Shown here: one piece after another, positions 15,075 to 26,587 of the stretch
Numbering within the stretch: position 1 is the first letter of the stretch
Layout: each line of letters starts with the position of its first letter
Source of the DNA: the human T2T-CHM13v2.0 reference genome, Homo sapiens
Length of the DNA: 64,000 nt
Strand: one strand, 5' to 3'
NCBI RefSeq assembly: GCF_009914755.1
Contig: NC_060947.1
The notes under the pieces: model-generated
Told to the model about the DNA's origin: nothing
The model's database searches: none
Seen by the model: the letters and a program-made list of their open reading frames with translations, nothing else
Program-made: the position numbers and the translations under genes

Positions 15075-15587
15075 TTAAGGACAGCATTCCTTCCCATAGA
15101 CCCTCCGAGCTGGGGCTGTAGAGCCAAGGGTCAGATTTCCATTTCCTTGGCAGCCAAAATCAGATTATTTATGTTTCTCTTTCTGGTTGAAAGCCCAGTG
15201 CCAAATGGAGTTGTTGATAAACTTACTTAAGCTGCTGCGGAGGGTTTGGTCTCCCAGTCCTCTGAACTTCTAGGCCAGGGGTGCTCCTATAAGGATCCAT
15301 CCGAGATGACCTGAGATTCTGCTTCTGTCCAGGAGGGTAAATCCAGTTGTTCCTTGCAGCTGACAGTTTCCCAGACCCTGCTGCCATGCTCATCCCTATC
15401 CCTTCTTCCACCCTTTCTCAGAAATCACATTCAGCCCTGTGGAGATAATCTTGGAACATTCTCGGCTCTCCTAGAATGACCTTTACCCTTGAATACCAAG
15501 TGACTGGAGTGGAACTCCAGGACACCTCTGTGTCCCAGCACAAAGAGCTAAGTCTCCATTCCCCCCCCCACCAAAACCCCAAACCAG

Positions 15588-15683
15588 AGATTCCAATTTC
15601 CAAACCAGAGATGATACCCCAGTTAGAGTCAGCAGAAGAACCATGAATGCTGGAAAGATAAGTGCTGTGAGGCTCCTGTCCAG
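15588..15683 (+). pseudogene. Degenerate KRAB-B box exon
   Basis: CCAG| ... |GTGAGT, exactly 96 bp, phase 1-1. Translates IPISKPEMIPQLESAEEP*MLER*VL*GSCP, against KRAB-B consensus GxPVSKPDVISQLEQGEEPWMxExE..GxCP; three in-frame stops. Confidence 0.85.
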
Positions 15684-16149
15684 GTGAGTGACTGAAGGCC
15701 TCGTAAGTCAACACCTTTCTAGTCAGTGAAGGAGCGCATGGGCTTTTTCAAGTTCTGCTGGTGAGAGTGGTTTTCTATTTGCTTTGTATTGTTCATACCT
15801 GACCCATTCATAAAAGAGTGAAAATTGTCCATTTGGGGGCCCTGGATTGAATTATGGTTTGAAATTCCAGTTCTTACAAGAAAAAATGAACATTTTAAGG
15901 ATTCTAAATGTTGCATGGGCTTTTTGTTGGCCTTTGGTACTTACCCACATTCACCATTTATCATGATGAGATGCTCTCCATGCATTCTCCTTCAGAGGAC
16001 ATTGACGTTTACATTCAGGTTCAAGTACAGCATGTTTAATGGTGGCAGCTTAACCCCAAAGAAAGGAGTGAGAAGTGGGTGACAAAGAAAACTATTTGTG
16101 TATCTAGTGTTTTTTAAGACATTTATTCATTCATTTAACAAATGGATTT

Positions 16150-16660
16150 TTTTTACCCAATAAGATTCGCTTTATTACAAAGATAATATATGCTCATTTC
16201 AGAAATTAAAAAAAATACAGAGACACAAAGAAAACACAGAAGTCCTGAAATCCCACCTCCCAGGGACAATCACTATCAACGTTTGAGTGAGCATTCTTCC
16301 AAGGCTGGCTCCGCACCATCATGTGTGGAGATGTGGAAACACTATTGTGTGTGCTGTGGTCCTCTGCCTGTTATTTTGTCCTCAATCACGTGTCATGGAC
16401 ATCTTTCCATGTCAGTTAATAAGATATAGGTATAGGCAAATATCCATTCTCTTTAGTGACTGTGTAGTATTCCGCTGCATCAACATATCATAATCTATTT
16501 AACCTGTCCACTATTGATAGCTATTTAGATTGTTTCCAGATTTTCATTATTCTAAATAACCCTGCAATGAATGACCTTATACTACATATTTGTAAACTTG
16601 TCAGGCTATTTCCTTTGGATAGCTTCCTAGGAGTGGGCAAATGATGAAGTGCAGGATATC
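16150..16660 (-). mobile_element. Old L1ME-type 3' fragment
   Basis: GGACATCTTTCCATGTCAG, ATTTAACCTGTCCACTATTGAT..ATTTAGATTGTTTCCA motifs. Confidence 0.65.
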
Positions 16661-16979
16661 TAAAATACATTATTTCCTTTCCATTCACAACAATCCTGGG
16701 TCATTCAACTAGATGTAAAAGAAAGTTGATTTGGTCTTAAAAAGTTAACTGGCAACATTTTCTCAAAATCCATCAGGCCTGTCAGGAAGATGAACACGAT
16801 TTTAGGGTGGGGATCCATTTAATTTCCTCATCTTCGCTTGGGTTTCTCTGTTGTTTCTACTTCCTTCGGGCCTTTCTGAAAGATTGAGGGTCTCCTCCTT
16901 TTCAGCATTGAGCTCCTTAGCCCTTAGCTTTCACTCTTTGTATTTTGGGTTGTCCCATGTTAGTATGTCCGATCATGGG

Positions 16980-17295
16980 AACAAATAATAACAACAACAA
17001 ACACTTGCATAGCATTTGCAGTGTGCCAGGCATGCAGAATCATATCTGCTTTTCAAATATAATTCAGTTAATCTTCCAAAGAGCCTTACGTAGCAAGTTT
17101 CATTATCTTCACTCTACAGGTGAAGAAATTGAGGCTCTGAGAGAGTAAGTAGGTGAAGAAATTGAGTCTCTGAGAGAGTAAGTAGGTGAAGAAATTGAGT
17201 CTCTGAGAGAGTAAGTAGTTTGTCTGAGTTCACACAGCAAGTAAGTGGCTGAGCCAGGAACCAAACCCATTCAACTTGACTATGGAGGCTCATAG
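16980..17295 (-). mobile_element. MIR SINE with an internal 33-bp triplication
   Basis: MIR core TACAGGTGAAGAAATTGAGGCTCTGAGAG..GT..CACACAGC..GTAAGTGGC.GAGCCAGGA. Confidence 0.75.
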
Positions 17296-18526
17296 CTACA
17301 CCTCAGCCAATGTACTTTCTCTCACCAGTTCACACAGGTGTCCACACAGGTGCTGCATGCTCTAGACCGTCCTAACCCATCTGCTTCTGTGACCGGCCAG
17401 TGGCATCTGCTCCTCCCCCACCATCTCAGTTGAAGAATTAAGATGAGATGCCTCCGTGTGTTTGTCTGGTAGGACATACTCCTTTTCTTGTATTTGAACG
17501 CATACTCCAGGGCTGCCATGGGGTTCTGTTCCCACATCCCTGCCCCCTGCTCTTTGTTCAAGGCTGAGCTCAACCAACTCATCCCAGAACAAGCGTTCAT
17601 CTGCTTTCCTGTTCAAGGCAATGAGGAATATTTGAGTGGAGTTGAATTCTTCAAAGAAGTCTTAACCTTCAGGCTGGAGAAGACCAGAACTCCTCTTCCT
17701 AATTTGGAAATAATGTCTCTTGTTTATGGGGTTTGTTTTAATCATAAAGTATCTTGTGTTCATTTTAGAAAAGAAGAAAGAAGCAAATAAAATCACCTGT
17801 TAGAGAAAAGTAACTAATATTTTGATGTATTCCCTTCCAGTACTTACATATATAAGTATATATGTATGCATAGTTATATATATAACTATAAAGAAAAGAT
17901 CATGCTATGTACTTGTATATAATTTTGTATATTAATTTTTGTTTAATTTTGTATCATAACTGTTTTCACATGTCATTAAAAATTCTTCAAAATCATGATC
18001 TACAATGACTGTGGACTATTTCATCATGTAGATATATAATTTATTTAATCTTTTTCTATTGTCAGACTTTTTAATTTCCCCCTTTCACAGTGACTGCTCA
18101 CACTGTTATGAACATCTTTCTACTTATGTCTCTCTGCACAGCTCTTTCTAGAATAAATCCCAGAATAGGAATTTTCAAGGTGCTTGATCCAATATTACAA
18201 ATTGCTCACCAAAAAGTTTTTTCCAGTTCATACTTTTACAGCAGAGCATTGGAATGTATATCTCATCATACCCTACCAGCATGTACTGTGTTTTTAATCT
18301 CTGCCAATTTGAAAGGGGGAAAATTGATTTTTTATTTCTAAAAAGTTGGAAAAGAAATCTCTTTCCAAGTGTTTATTGTCCATTTCTTTTTTTTTTTTCC
18401 TTCCTAGAATCCCTTTTTAATGACATGGGTCCTACAGGATCATAGGCCTTTAACTTGGACATCTAGACTCACCAACTCCTTATAGTTTCCTCTCTAAAGC
18501 ATACCCTTCTATTTGCACTCAGGAGC

Positions 18527-18881
18527 TATCTTAGCTCAGGCAACTAGAACAAATTACCATAGATTAAGTGGCTTAAAGAAAAAACAAAAAGATTTATTTT
18601 TCATAGTTCTGGAGGCTGGGAAGTCCAAGATAAAGATGCCAGGAGATCCGGTGTCTGGTGAGGGCCCACTTTCTGGCTGTCTTCTTGATGTGTTCTCACA
18701 TGACAGAAAGACAGAGAGATCTCTCTCCTGCCACTTCTTGTAAGGGCACTAATCACATTCATGAGGGCTCCACTTTCCTGACCTGATAATCTCTCAGAGG
18801 CCACACCTCTTAATACTATCAGGTTGGGGGATAGCATTTTAACATATGAATTGGGAGGACACAAATAGTCACTCCATAGCA
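18527..18881 (-). mobile_element. Solo MaLR LTR (MLT1A0-like)
   Basis: Classic MLT1A motifs; 5-bp target-site duplication GGAGC (18522-18526, 18882-18886). Confidence 0.85.
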
Positions 18882-19591
18882 GGAGCTTATCCTTACTTCC
18901 TCCTCAGACTCTTACCCCCCAAATTATTCTGCCTTCTCCTGTTTTTGTCACTCTTCTTCTTGAAGTTATGCTTGCTTTGCCTCCCATCAGAATCAGGACT
19001 GCATGTTTGGTCCTCTTTCTTCTTCTGATTAATAGGACTGTGTCTCCTTATTTTGAGGAATTCTGCAAATGTGTACTCAGCATCTGACCCAGTCCCTGAA
19101 AGAGATCCCAAAAGACAAGCCCTCAACTTCGTTCTCTTGTGCCTCTCTACCGAGTTGGACGAATGCAGGCTTTTTTCTTTTTTTTTGAAAATGCTCGGTT
19201 TGCCTGGTATACACTTGTCACATTCTACTATGCTCCCTCTAGCTCTGCCTACTTCTGGCCCTCCTCCAAATGCTCCTTGGTCCCCTTACCTTCACCAGCT
19301 GTGCCTGTCATACACCTGCTACTGATTTAGCTTACTTCAGAAGACACATAGTCCTTTTAGGGATTGCCTTGTAATAATTGAATGTTGTCACCAGTGAGGC
19401 AGCTTAGACAGTAAATACTGGGAGCTGTGGGCTTTAGAACTATGTGTGGGACATTTCCTAGCCTGAGGAGAAGTGGAGAGGGATTTCCTATCTCCTTGCC
19501 AAAGTTAAATTTTCTTGCCAAAATGTGGTGCAAAACTGAATTATAATAAAACAATCTTGAAGTTAGTAACACGATGCAAACTATAAGTTAT

Positions 19592-20105
19592 TGTCATAGT
19601 CTGTTTTGTGCTGCTATAACAAAATGCCTAAGGCTAGGTAATTTGCAAAGAACAGAAATTTATTTCTCACAGTTCTGGAGGCTAGGAAGTCCAAGCTCAA
19701 GGCACCAGCATCTTGTGAGGGCCTTCTTGCTGCATCAGCATATAGTGGAAGGCATGAGGGCAAAAGGGGACAAATGCTGTGTCCTCACATGTCAGAAGAA
19801 CAGAACAGCACAAACCCACTCTAACAAACCCTTTTTATTTAATGGCATTAATCCATTAGGCTCTCATGACTTAAATATTGTCCAAAAGTTCCTATCTCCC
19901 AACGCTGTTGCAGTGGGGATTATATGCAACACATGAGCTTTGGGGAACACATTCAGTCCATAGCATTGCCCCTCTGGCCCACAAAATTAATGTCCTTCTC
20001 ACATACAGAATACATTCATTTCATCCCAATATTCCCCAAAGATTTAACTTATGCTAACATCAACTCAAAAGTCTAAAATTCAGAATCTCATCCAAATCAG
20101 ATTTA
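19592..20105 (-). mobile_element. MST-type MaLR LTR (19592-19965) plus start of internal region, interrupted by HERV-H
   Basis: TGTCATAGTCTGTTTTGTGCTGCTATAAC...CCATAGCA LTR, then MaLR-int motif GTCCTTCTCACAT..AATACATTCAT. Confidence 0.8.
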
Positions 20106-20544
20106 TGTTACACACATCTGTGTGAAGAGACCATCAAACAGTCTTTGTGTGAACAATGAGGCTGTTTATTCACTTGGGTGCAAGTGGGCTGAGTCCGAGA
20201 AAGGAGTCAGTGAAGGTAGATGGGAGAGGGGCAGTCTTATAGGACTTGGGTAGGCAGTGGAAAATTACAGTTAAAGGTGGTTATCTATTGTTAGCAGGGG
20301 AGGGGGTCACAAGGTGCTCGGTGGGGAGCTCCTGAAACTCATTGTCTAGGGGAGGAATGTCACAAGGTCGATTGATTAATTAGGTTGGAGCAGGAACAAA
20401 TCACTATGGTGGAATGTCATCAGTTAAGGCAGGAACTGGCTGTTTCACTTGTTTTGTGGTTCTTCAGTTGCTCCAGGCCATCTGGATGTATATGTGCAGG
20501 TCACAGGCGTTATGATGGCTTAGCTTGGGCTCAGAGGCCTGACA
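20106..20544 (-). mobile_element. HERV-H 3' LTR (LTR7 family)
   Basis: Direct repeat of 26588-27026 (~26 substitutions in 439 bp by eye); preceded on minus by the polypurine tract ATAAGAAGACAGGAA (20545-20559). Confidence 0.95.
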
Positions 20545-20768
20545 TTCCTGTCTTCTTATATTAATAAGAAAAACAAAACAAAATAGTGGTGAAGTGTTGG
20601 GGCTGTGAAAACTTTTGGGGGTGGTATGGAGAGATAATGGGCAATGTTTCTCAGGGCTGCTTCGAGTGGGATTAGGGGTGGCGCGGGAACCTAAAGTGGG
20701 AGAGATTAAACTGAAGAAAGATTTTGGGGTAAGGGGTGATATTGTGGGGTTGTTAGAAGGAGCATTTG

Positions 20769-21533
20769 TCATATAGAATGATTGGTGATGGCCTGGATGC
20801 TGTTTTGTATGAACTGAGAAACTAAACGGAAGACACAAGGTCTGAATAAGAGAAGGAGAAAAACAGGTATTAGAGGACGAAGAATTGGGAGGACCAAGGA
20901 CATCCAATTAGAGAGTGCCCAAGGGGGTTCAGTGTAATTATTTGCTTGGTTGGTGAGTTCTTGGGCTCTATCCTTGAGTTTTTCTATGTTGTCATATACC
21001 AGGCCAGTTTGATTTAGGTAAAACAAAACAAAACAAAACAAAACAAAAAAACGCTTCATTTAAAAATATACAGAGTCCTCCTTTTTTAGCAGTAAGTCGA
21101 GGTCTCAGCTGTTTTGGAGGACAACCACAGCTAAAGAGTCAACCTGGGCCTGAAGGACTGATAAAGTTTGTGATATGTCTGTGATGCTAGCAGAGAAGTC
21201 ATTAGAGAGGCTATGGAAGGTTGTGACAGAGGTTGAAATGCCTGCTACTCCAGTTCCAAGAGCAATAGTGGAGGCAGAAAGTCCTAAACCGACAAGCAAG
21301 GGAATTAGTGGAATAACCCTTTTTTGTTGTGTCAGTGTCATGAAGGGAACAGGAAGCTGTTCGGTCCCATTTGCAAATTGAATTTTGGGAGTAAGGAAAA
21401 CTGGTGTGCATGCGCCTGTCCAATTAACAGGAAAACACATGTAGGTGGATGAGCCACAGAGGAAAAAGAGACCTTGTGTAAGGCAAAACTGGAAGTGCAA
21501 AGTGAAGAGGTGAGAGGGTGTACTAAAAGAGAT
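20769..21533 (-). pseudogene. HERV-H env remnant (SU C-terminus and TM)
   Basis: Cleavage-site-like QQKR|VIPLIPLLVGLGLSASTIALGTG fusion peptide, broken immunosuppressive domain LQNS*, TM segment SLVLPILRPLIPVFLLLLF. Confidence 0.85.
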
Positions 21534-24500
21534 GTCTTCATATGGCTGGGAATGTGGAGTAGGCAAGAGAAGATTAGCAGTCTGGCGAATTTCCTGTCTA
21601 GCCTGCTGAAGGACTGGAAGATAGTCACCTAGAGGGCTGGTGTCTGGAAAAGTTTGGGGCTGAGCAAGAAAGTACGTCCACATAAAAGTTTAAATGGACT
21701 GTACCCTGTAGCATCTTAAGGGCAGGCTCTAATTCTGAGAAGGGCAAGTGGTAGAAGTACTGTCCAGTCCTTTTTAAGTTGGAGGCTGAGCTTGGTGAGG
21801 TGTGTTTTTAAAAGGCCATTAGTCCATTCTACCTTTCCTGAAGATTGAAGATGGTAAGGGGTATGAAGATTCCACTGAATACCAAGAGCCTGAGAAATTG
21901 CTTGGGTGATTTGACTAATAAAAGCCAGACCATTGTCAGATTGCACAGAAGTAGGGAGGCAAAATCGGGGAATTATATCTATTAGAAGGGAAGAGAAGAC
22001 TGCAGTAGCCTTTTCTGAGCTACTGGGAAAGGCCTCGACCTACCCGGTGAAGGTGTTGACCCAAACCAGGAGATACTTAAATTTACGGACACAGGGCATA
22101 TGAGTAAACTCAATCTGCCAATCTTGTGTCAGAGTAAATCCATGAGCCTGATGCATAGGAAAAGGAGGAGGCCTGAGAAAGCCTTGGAGGCTGGTGGTAT
22201 GGCAGACAGAGCATTGAGAGGTGATGGTCTTAAGGATGGATTTCCATGAAGGGAAGGAGATGAGGGGCTGCAGGAGGATAGCCAGGCTTGTATCCCACAT
22301 GGAAGTGGTCATGAAGGGAAGAAAGAATGGACTGAGCTTGTGAGGCAGGAAGAATGAATTTTCCATGCTCGAAGGACCACTTGCCCTGAGTTGGAAAAGA
22401 CTGGTAGAGGAGGTTTTCAGAACCAGAGTAGGTGGGAGTGATAGAGGAGAAAGAAAAATACTGGTCCTCTGGAGTGGGGGCTGGAATATTAGCAGGTGTG
22501 GAAACATTGGCTGTTTCTTTTGCTGTCCTGTTGGCATAAGCATTTCCTTTTGCAATAAGATCAGTAGGTTTCTGGTGTCCTTTAAAATGAATGACTCTAG
22601 CCTTGGCTGGCAGGAGAGCAGCCTTAAGGAGGGCCTTTATGAGGGAGGCATTGATAATGGAAGAGCCTTATGTGGCAAGGAAGCCTTTTTTGGCCCAGAT
22701 GGCAGCATGGTTATGGAGGATGTGGAAAGCATATTTGGAGTCAGCATAAATGTTAATGTGCATTCCTTTAGTGAGAGAGAGCACACAAGTTAAAGCAATC
22801 AGTTCAGCTTGTTGGGAAGTGGTGGAGGGAGGAAGTGCAGCAGCTTCGATAATAGAGGTGTGGGACATGACAGCATATCTCGCTTTAGCTGGTGAAAATT
22901 GATTGAGTTTAGAAGAACTGCCATCGATAAACCAAGTATGGTCTGGGTTTGGAATTGGAAGAATAGAAATATGAGGAAAAGGGGAAGATGCTAAGTGTAT
23001 TAGGGAAATACAGTCATGTGGTTCAGGACTTGTTTTGGGTGCTAAGTGAGAAGCTGGGTTGAAATCAGGCCCATGTGTAATAGTTACTGTTGGAGTTTCA
23101 ACAAAGAGTGAATATAGCTGGAGGAGTTGAGGGGCAGACAATAAATGTAAAAGGTGTGAGGAGGATATTAATGCTTGAAGGTTGTGAGAACTGTAAAGGG
23201 TAAGTGGAGCATAGCCTGTGATTTTGAAGGCCTCTAGAAGTATTAAAGTGGCAGCTGTCACCACACGCAGACATGAGGGCCAGCCCAGAACTGTGAGGTC
23301 AAGTTGTTTTGATAGAAAGACAACAGGTCGTGGGCCTGGCTCCTGTGTGAGGACTCCAGCAGCACAGCCTTGTATTTCAGCTGTGTGTAAGGAAAAAGGA
23401 TGGGATGAGTTGGGGAGTGCTAGTGTGGGAGCTGTCTCCAGGGCCTTTCTGAGAGAGTGAAAGGAATAATGGGGTAAAGACTTAGGGTCTATGGGATCAG
23501 TTAAATTACCCTTTGTGAGCTTGTAAAGTGGTTTGGTTAAGATAGCAAAGCCTGGTATCCAGAGTTGGAAATATTCAACAATGCCTAAGAAGGAAAGGAG
23601 TTGTTGTTTGATGGTGGGGATTGGGGTCTGGGAGATGAACTGAACAATGTCTTCAGGAAGGGTGTGTGTATGTTGATGGAGGATTATACTGATATAGGTA
23701 ATGCTAGGGGAAGAAATTTGTGCCTTGGAGGGGGATACTCGGTACCCCTTTGAGTAGAGATGTTGAAGAAGCAGAATAGTGTCCTGCTGGGAAGATTGGT
23801 AAGAGGGGCTGCAAAGAAGAAGATCAGCAATATATTGAATAAGGTGGGAGGCAGATGGGCAAAAAGAAAGCAGATCATGAGAAAGGGCCTGACCAAAGTA
23901 GTGTGGGCTGTCCCTGAAGCCCTGGGGCAGAACAATCCAGGTGAGTTGTTGGGATTGGTGGGTGTCAGGGTCAGTCCAAGTAAAGGCGAAAAGAGGCTGG
24001 GAGGAGGGATGCAAGGGGATAGTAAAGAAGGCACCTTTGAGGTCGATAATAGAATAGTGAGTTGTGGAAGGGGGTATTGAAGATAGGAGGGTGTGCGGGT
24101 TTGGCACTATAGGATGGATGGGAAGGACGATTTGATTAATAAGGCGAAGATCCTAAACCAACATGTAAGACTTGTCCGGTTTCTGGACGGGTAGGATAGG
24201 GGAGTTGTAAGGAGAATTTGTAGGCTTTAAGAGGCCATGTTGTAACAGGTGGGTGATAACAGGCTTTAACCCTTTTAAAGCCTGCTGTGGGATGGGATAT
24301 TGGCACTGAGCAGGGTAAGGGTGGTTAGGTTTTAGTGGGATGATGAGGGGTGCATGATTGGTTGCCAAGGTAGGAGTAGAGGTATCCCATATTTGTGGAT
24401 TAAGGTGGGAAGATACAAGAGGAGGATGTGAAAGAGGCCTTGAATTGGGTAAAAGTGCAGCAATGAGGTGTGGCTGTAGCCCAGGAATAGTCAGGGAAGC

Positions 24501-24800
24501 AGATAATTTGGTTAAAATATCTCAGCCTAATAAGGAAACTGGCAGGTGGGCGTAACTAAAAAAAGAGTGCATAAAATAATGTTGTCCAAGTTGGCACCAG
24601 AGTGGGGGAGTTTTAAGGGGTTTTGAATCTTGGCTGTCAATACCCACAACAGTTATGGGGGGCAAGGGAAACAGGCCCTTGAAAAGAAGGTAATGTGGAG
24701 TGAGTAGCCCCTGTATCAATTAAACAGGGGACGGACTTACCCTCCACTGTAAGAGTTACCTGAAGCTTGGCGTCTGTGATGGTCCAGGGGGCTTCTGAGA
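21534..24800 (-). pseudogene. HERV-H pro-pol remnant (protease, RT, RNase H, integrase), fragmented
   Basis: 479-aa ORF 22668-24107 with IDLKGAFF, LPQGFRDSP, YIAD (mutated YxDD) and RNase H WFIDGSS/QQAELIAL/YADSKY; integrase QSDNG...QSSGKVE in 21716-21946. Confidence 0.92.
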
Positions 24801-24813
24801 TGATGGGGCAGCA

Positions 24814-26073
24814 TCAGTATTCAGCCACTAAGCTGAGGAGATCTGGGAAAGAGTCAGCCAAGGAATATTGGGTTTGAGCTCCAGGAGCTTTAGGAGTGGC
24901 GGCGATGTGAGTTGGACAGTCTGATTTCCAGTGGGGGCCCACACAGACAGGGCATGTCTTAGGAGGAATCTTGGGCTGTGGGCATTCCGAGGCCCAGTGG
25001 CCAGGCTTTTGGCATTTGAAGCAAGGTCCACGAGGAGGTTTTGAAGGAGCCCCTGGGAGCCGTGGCTTGGATGTTCTGAAGGTTTTGTATGCTGGAGACG
25101 TGGTTGTGGGTTGTCTTACAGCGGAGGCAAGTAGTTGTAACTCAGAGATAAGTTGCTGCTTGGCAGCTTCTTCTCTGTTATTGAACACCTTGAAGGCAAG
25201 GTTGATTAAATCCTGTTGTGGGGTTTGAGGGCCAGAATCAAACTTTTGGGTTTTTTTTTTTTTTAATGTCAGGAGTGGATTGGGTGATAAAATGCATATT
25301 AAGGATAAGGCGGCCTTCTGGTCCCTCTGGGTCTAGGGTGGTAAAGAATCTAAGGGTTGTTGCCAAACGGGCCATGAACTGGGCTGGGTTTTTATATTTG
25401 ATGAAAAAGATCCTAAACGCTAACTTATTTGGGAGAGGTCAGATAAAGAAAAAGTCACATGTACCCTGACTATGCCTTTAGCTCCAGCCACCTCTCTAGG
25501 AGGAAATTGTTGGGCAGGTGGGGGAGAGCTAGTCGGGGAATGAAACTGTAAGCAAGACTGAGTGTGAGGAGGGGGGGTAATAGCAGGGTTATAGGGTGGG
25601 GGAGCAGAGGCTGCGGAAGAATTGGGACCCGATTCAGCCTGGCGAGGAGCGGCCGGGGGAGGAGGAGAGAGGTCAGAAGGGTCAGTGGAAAAGGAGGATT
25701 CAGAGGACTCTGAGCTTGGGGTGGAGACTGAAGGAGCAGACGGGAGAGAAAGAAGGAAAATCTGAGACAAGTCGCACTGGGAGCAGAGACTAGGGAGGGA
25801 GCGAAGTGTAAAAAATGTTTGGACGTAAGGCACCTCAGACAATTTGCCCAATTTTTCACAAAAATTATCTAGGTTTTGTAGGATGGAGAAATCGAAAGTT
25901 ACATTTTCTGGCCATTTGGAACCATTGTCAAGTTTATATTGGGGCCAAGCGGCATTGCAGAAGAAAATAAGACTTTTGGGTTTTAGATCAGGTGTTAGTT
26001 TAAGAGGTTTTAAGTTTTTAAGTACACAGGCTAAGGGGGAAGAGGGAGGAATGGAGGGTGTAAAGTTGCCCAT
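24814..26073 (-). pseudogene. HERV-H gag remnant (MA, late domain, partial CA, NC)
   Basis: MGNFTPSIPPSSPLACVLKN..FFCNAAWPQYKL matrix, PPPY motif, zinc knuckles CFKCQKPGHWASEC and CPVCVGPHWKSDC; split by stops/frameshifts. Confidence 0.9.
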
Positions 26074-26565
26074 AGTGAAGGAGGTGAAATTGAAGAGAAA
26101 GGTAGAGATGTAGAGAAGGGGAAGTGAGCAGCTACCAGGCTTTCATTAGGTGTCCCTGGCTGAGTCCTGGGCTGTAATGTGGGTGATCAGCCAAAGCAGG
26201 CATCCCCATAATTGGCTTGCCACGAGGGGAGTGTGGGTGAATGATCAAGGCAGGTGTCCCTGTGAAGATCAGACACCAAGGGACGACTGTCTTCCCAAAT
26301 CTGTGACCGACGTCGGGGTTTCTGAATTCACAGATAAAATGTGTCTCCTTTGTCTCTACTAGAGAGGAAAAAGAACTGGAATTGGAAGGACAAGGAGATT
26401 GAAGGGTAGCAAGAGAGGCTGGAGAAGAGAGTGAAGAGACCACTTACCCAATTTGAAATTGGTGAGATGTTCCTGGGGCTTGTCTGAGGACTGGAGGTCA
26501 TAGGTGGATCTCCTCATGGAGTGAGGGCAAGGACAGGGGACTGGTCTCCCAAAGGAATCCCCCTG

Positions 26566-26585
26566 TTCCGGGTTTTTCGGCACCA
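26566..26585 (-). promoter_or_regulatory. Primer binding site, tRNA-Phe-like
   Basis: TGGTGCCGAAAAACCCGGAA immediately after the 5' LTR; resembles PBS-Phe TGGTGCCGAAACCCGGGA more than PBS-His TGGTGCCGTGACTCGGAT. Confidence 0.75.
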
Positions 26586-26587
26586 AA

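Noticed and set aside
22668-24107. Functional reverse transcriptase
   Set aside because: Catalytic YxDD is YIAD, the N-terminus is separated by a stop, and flanking pro and integrase are broken.
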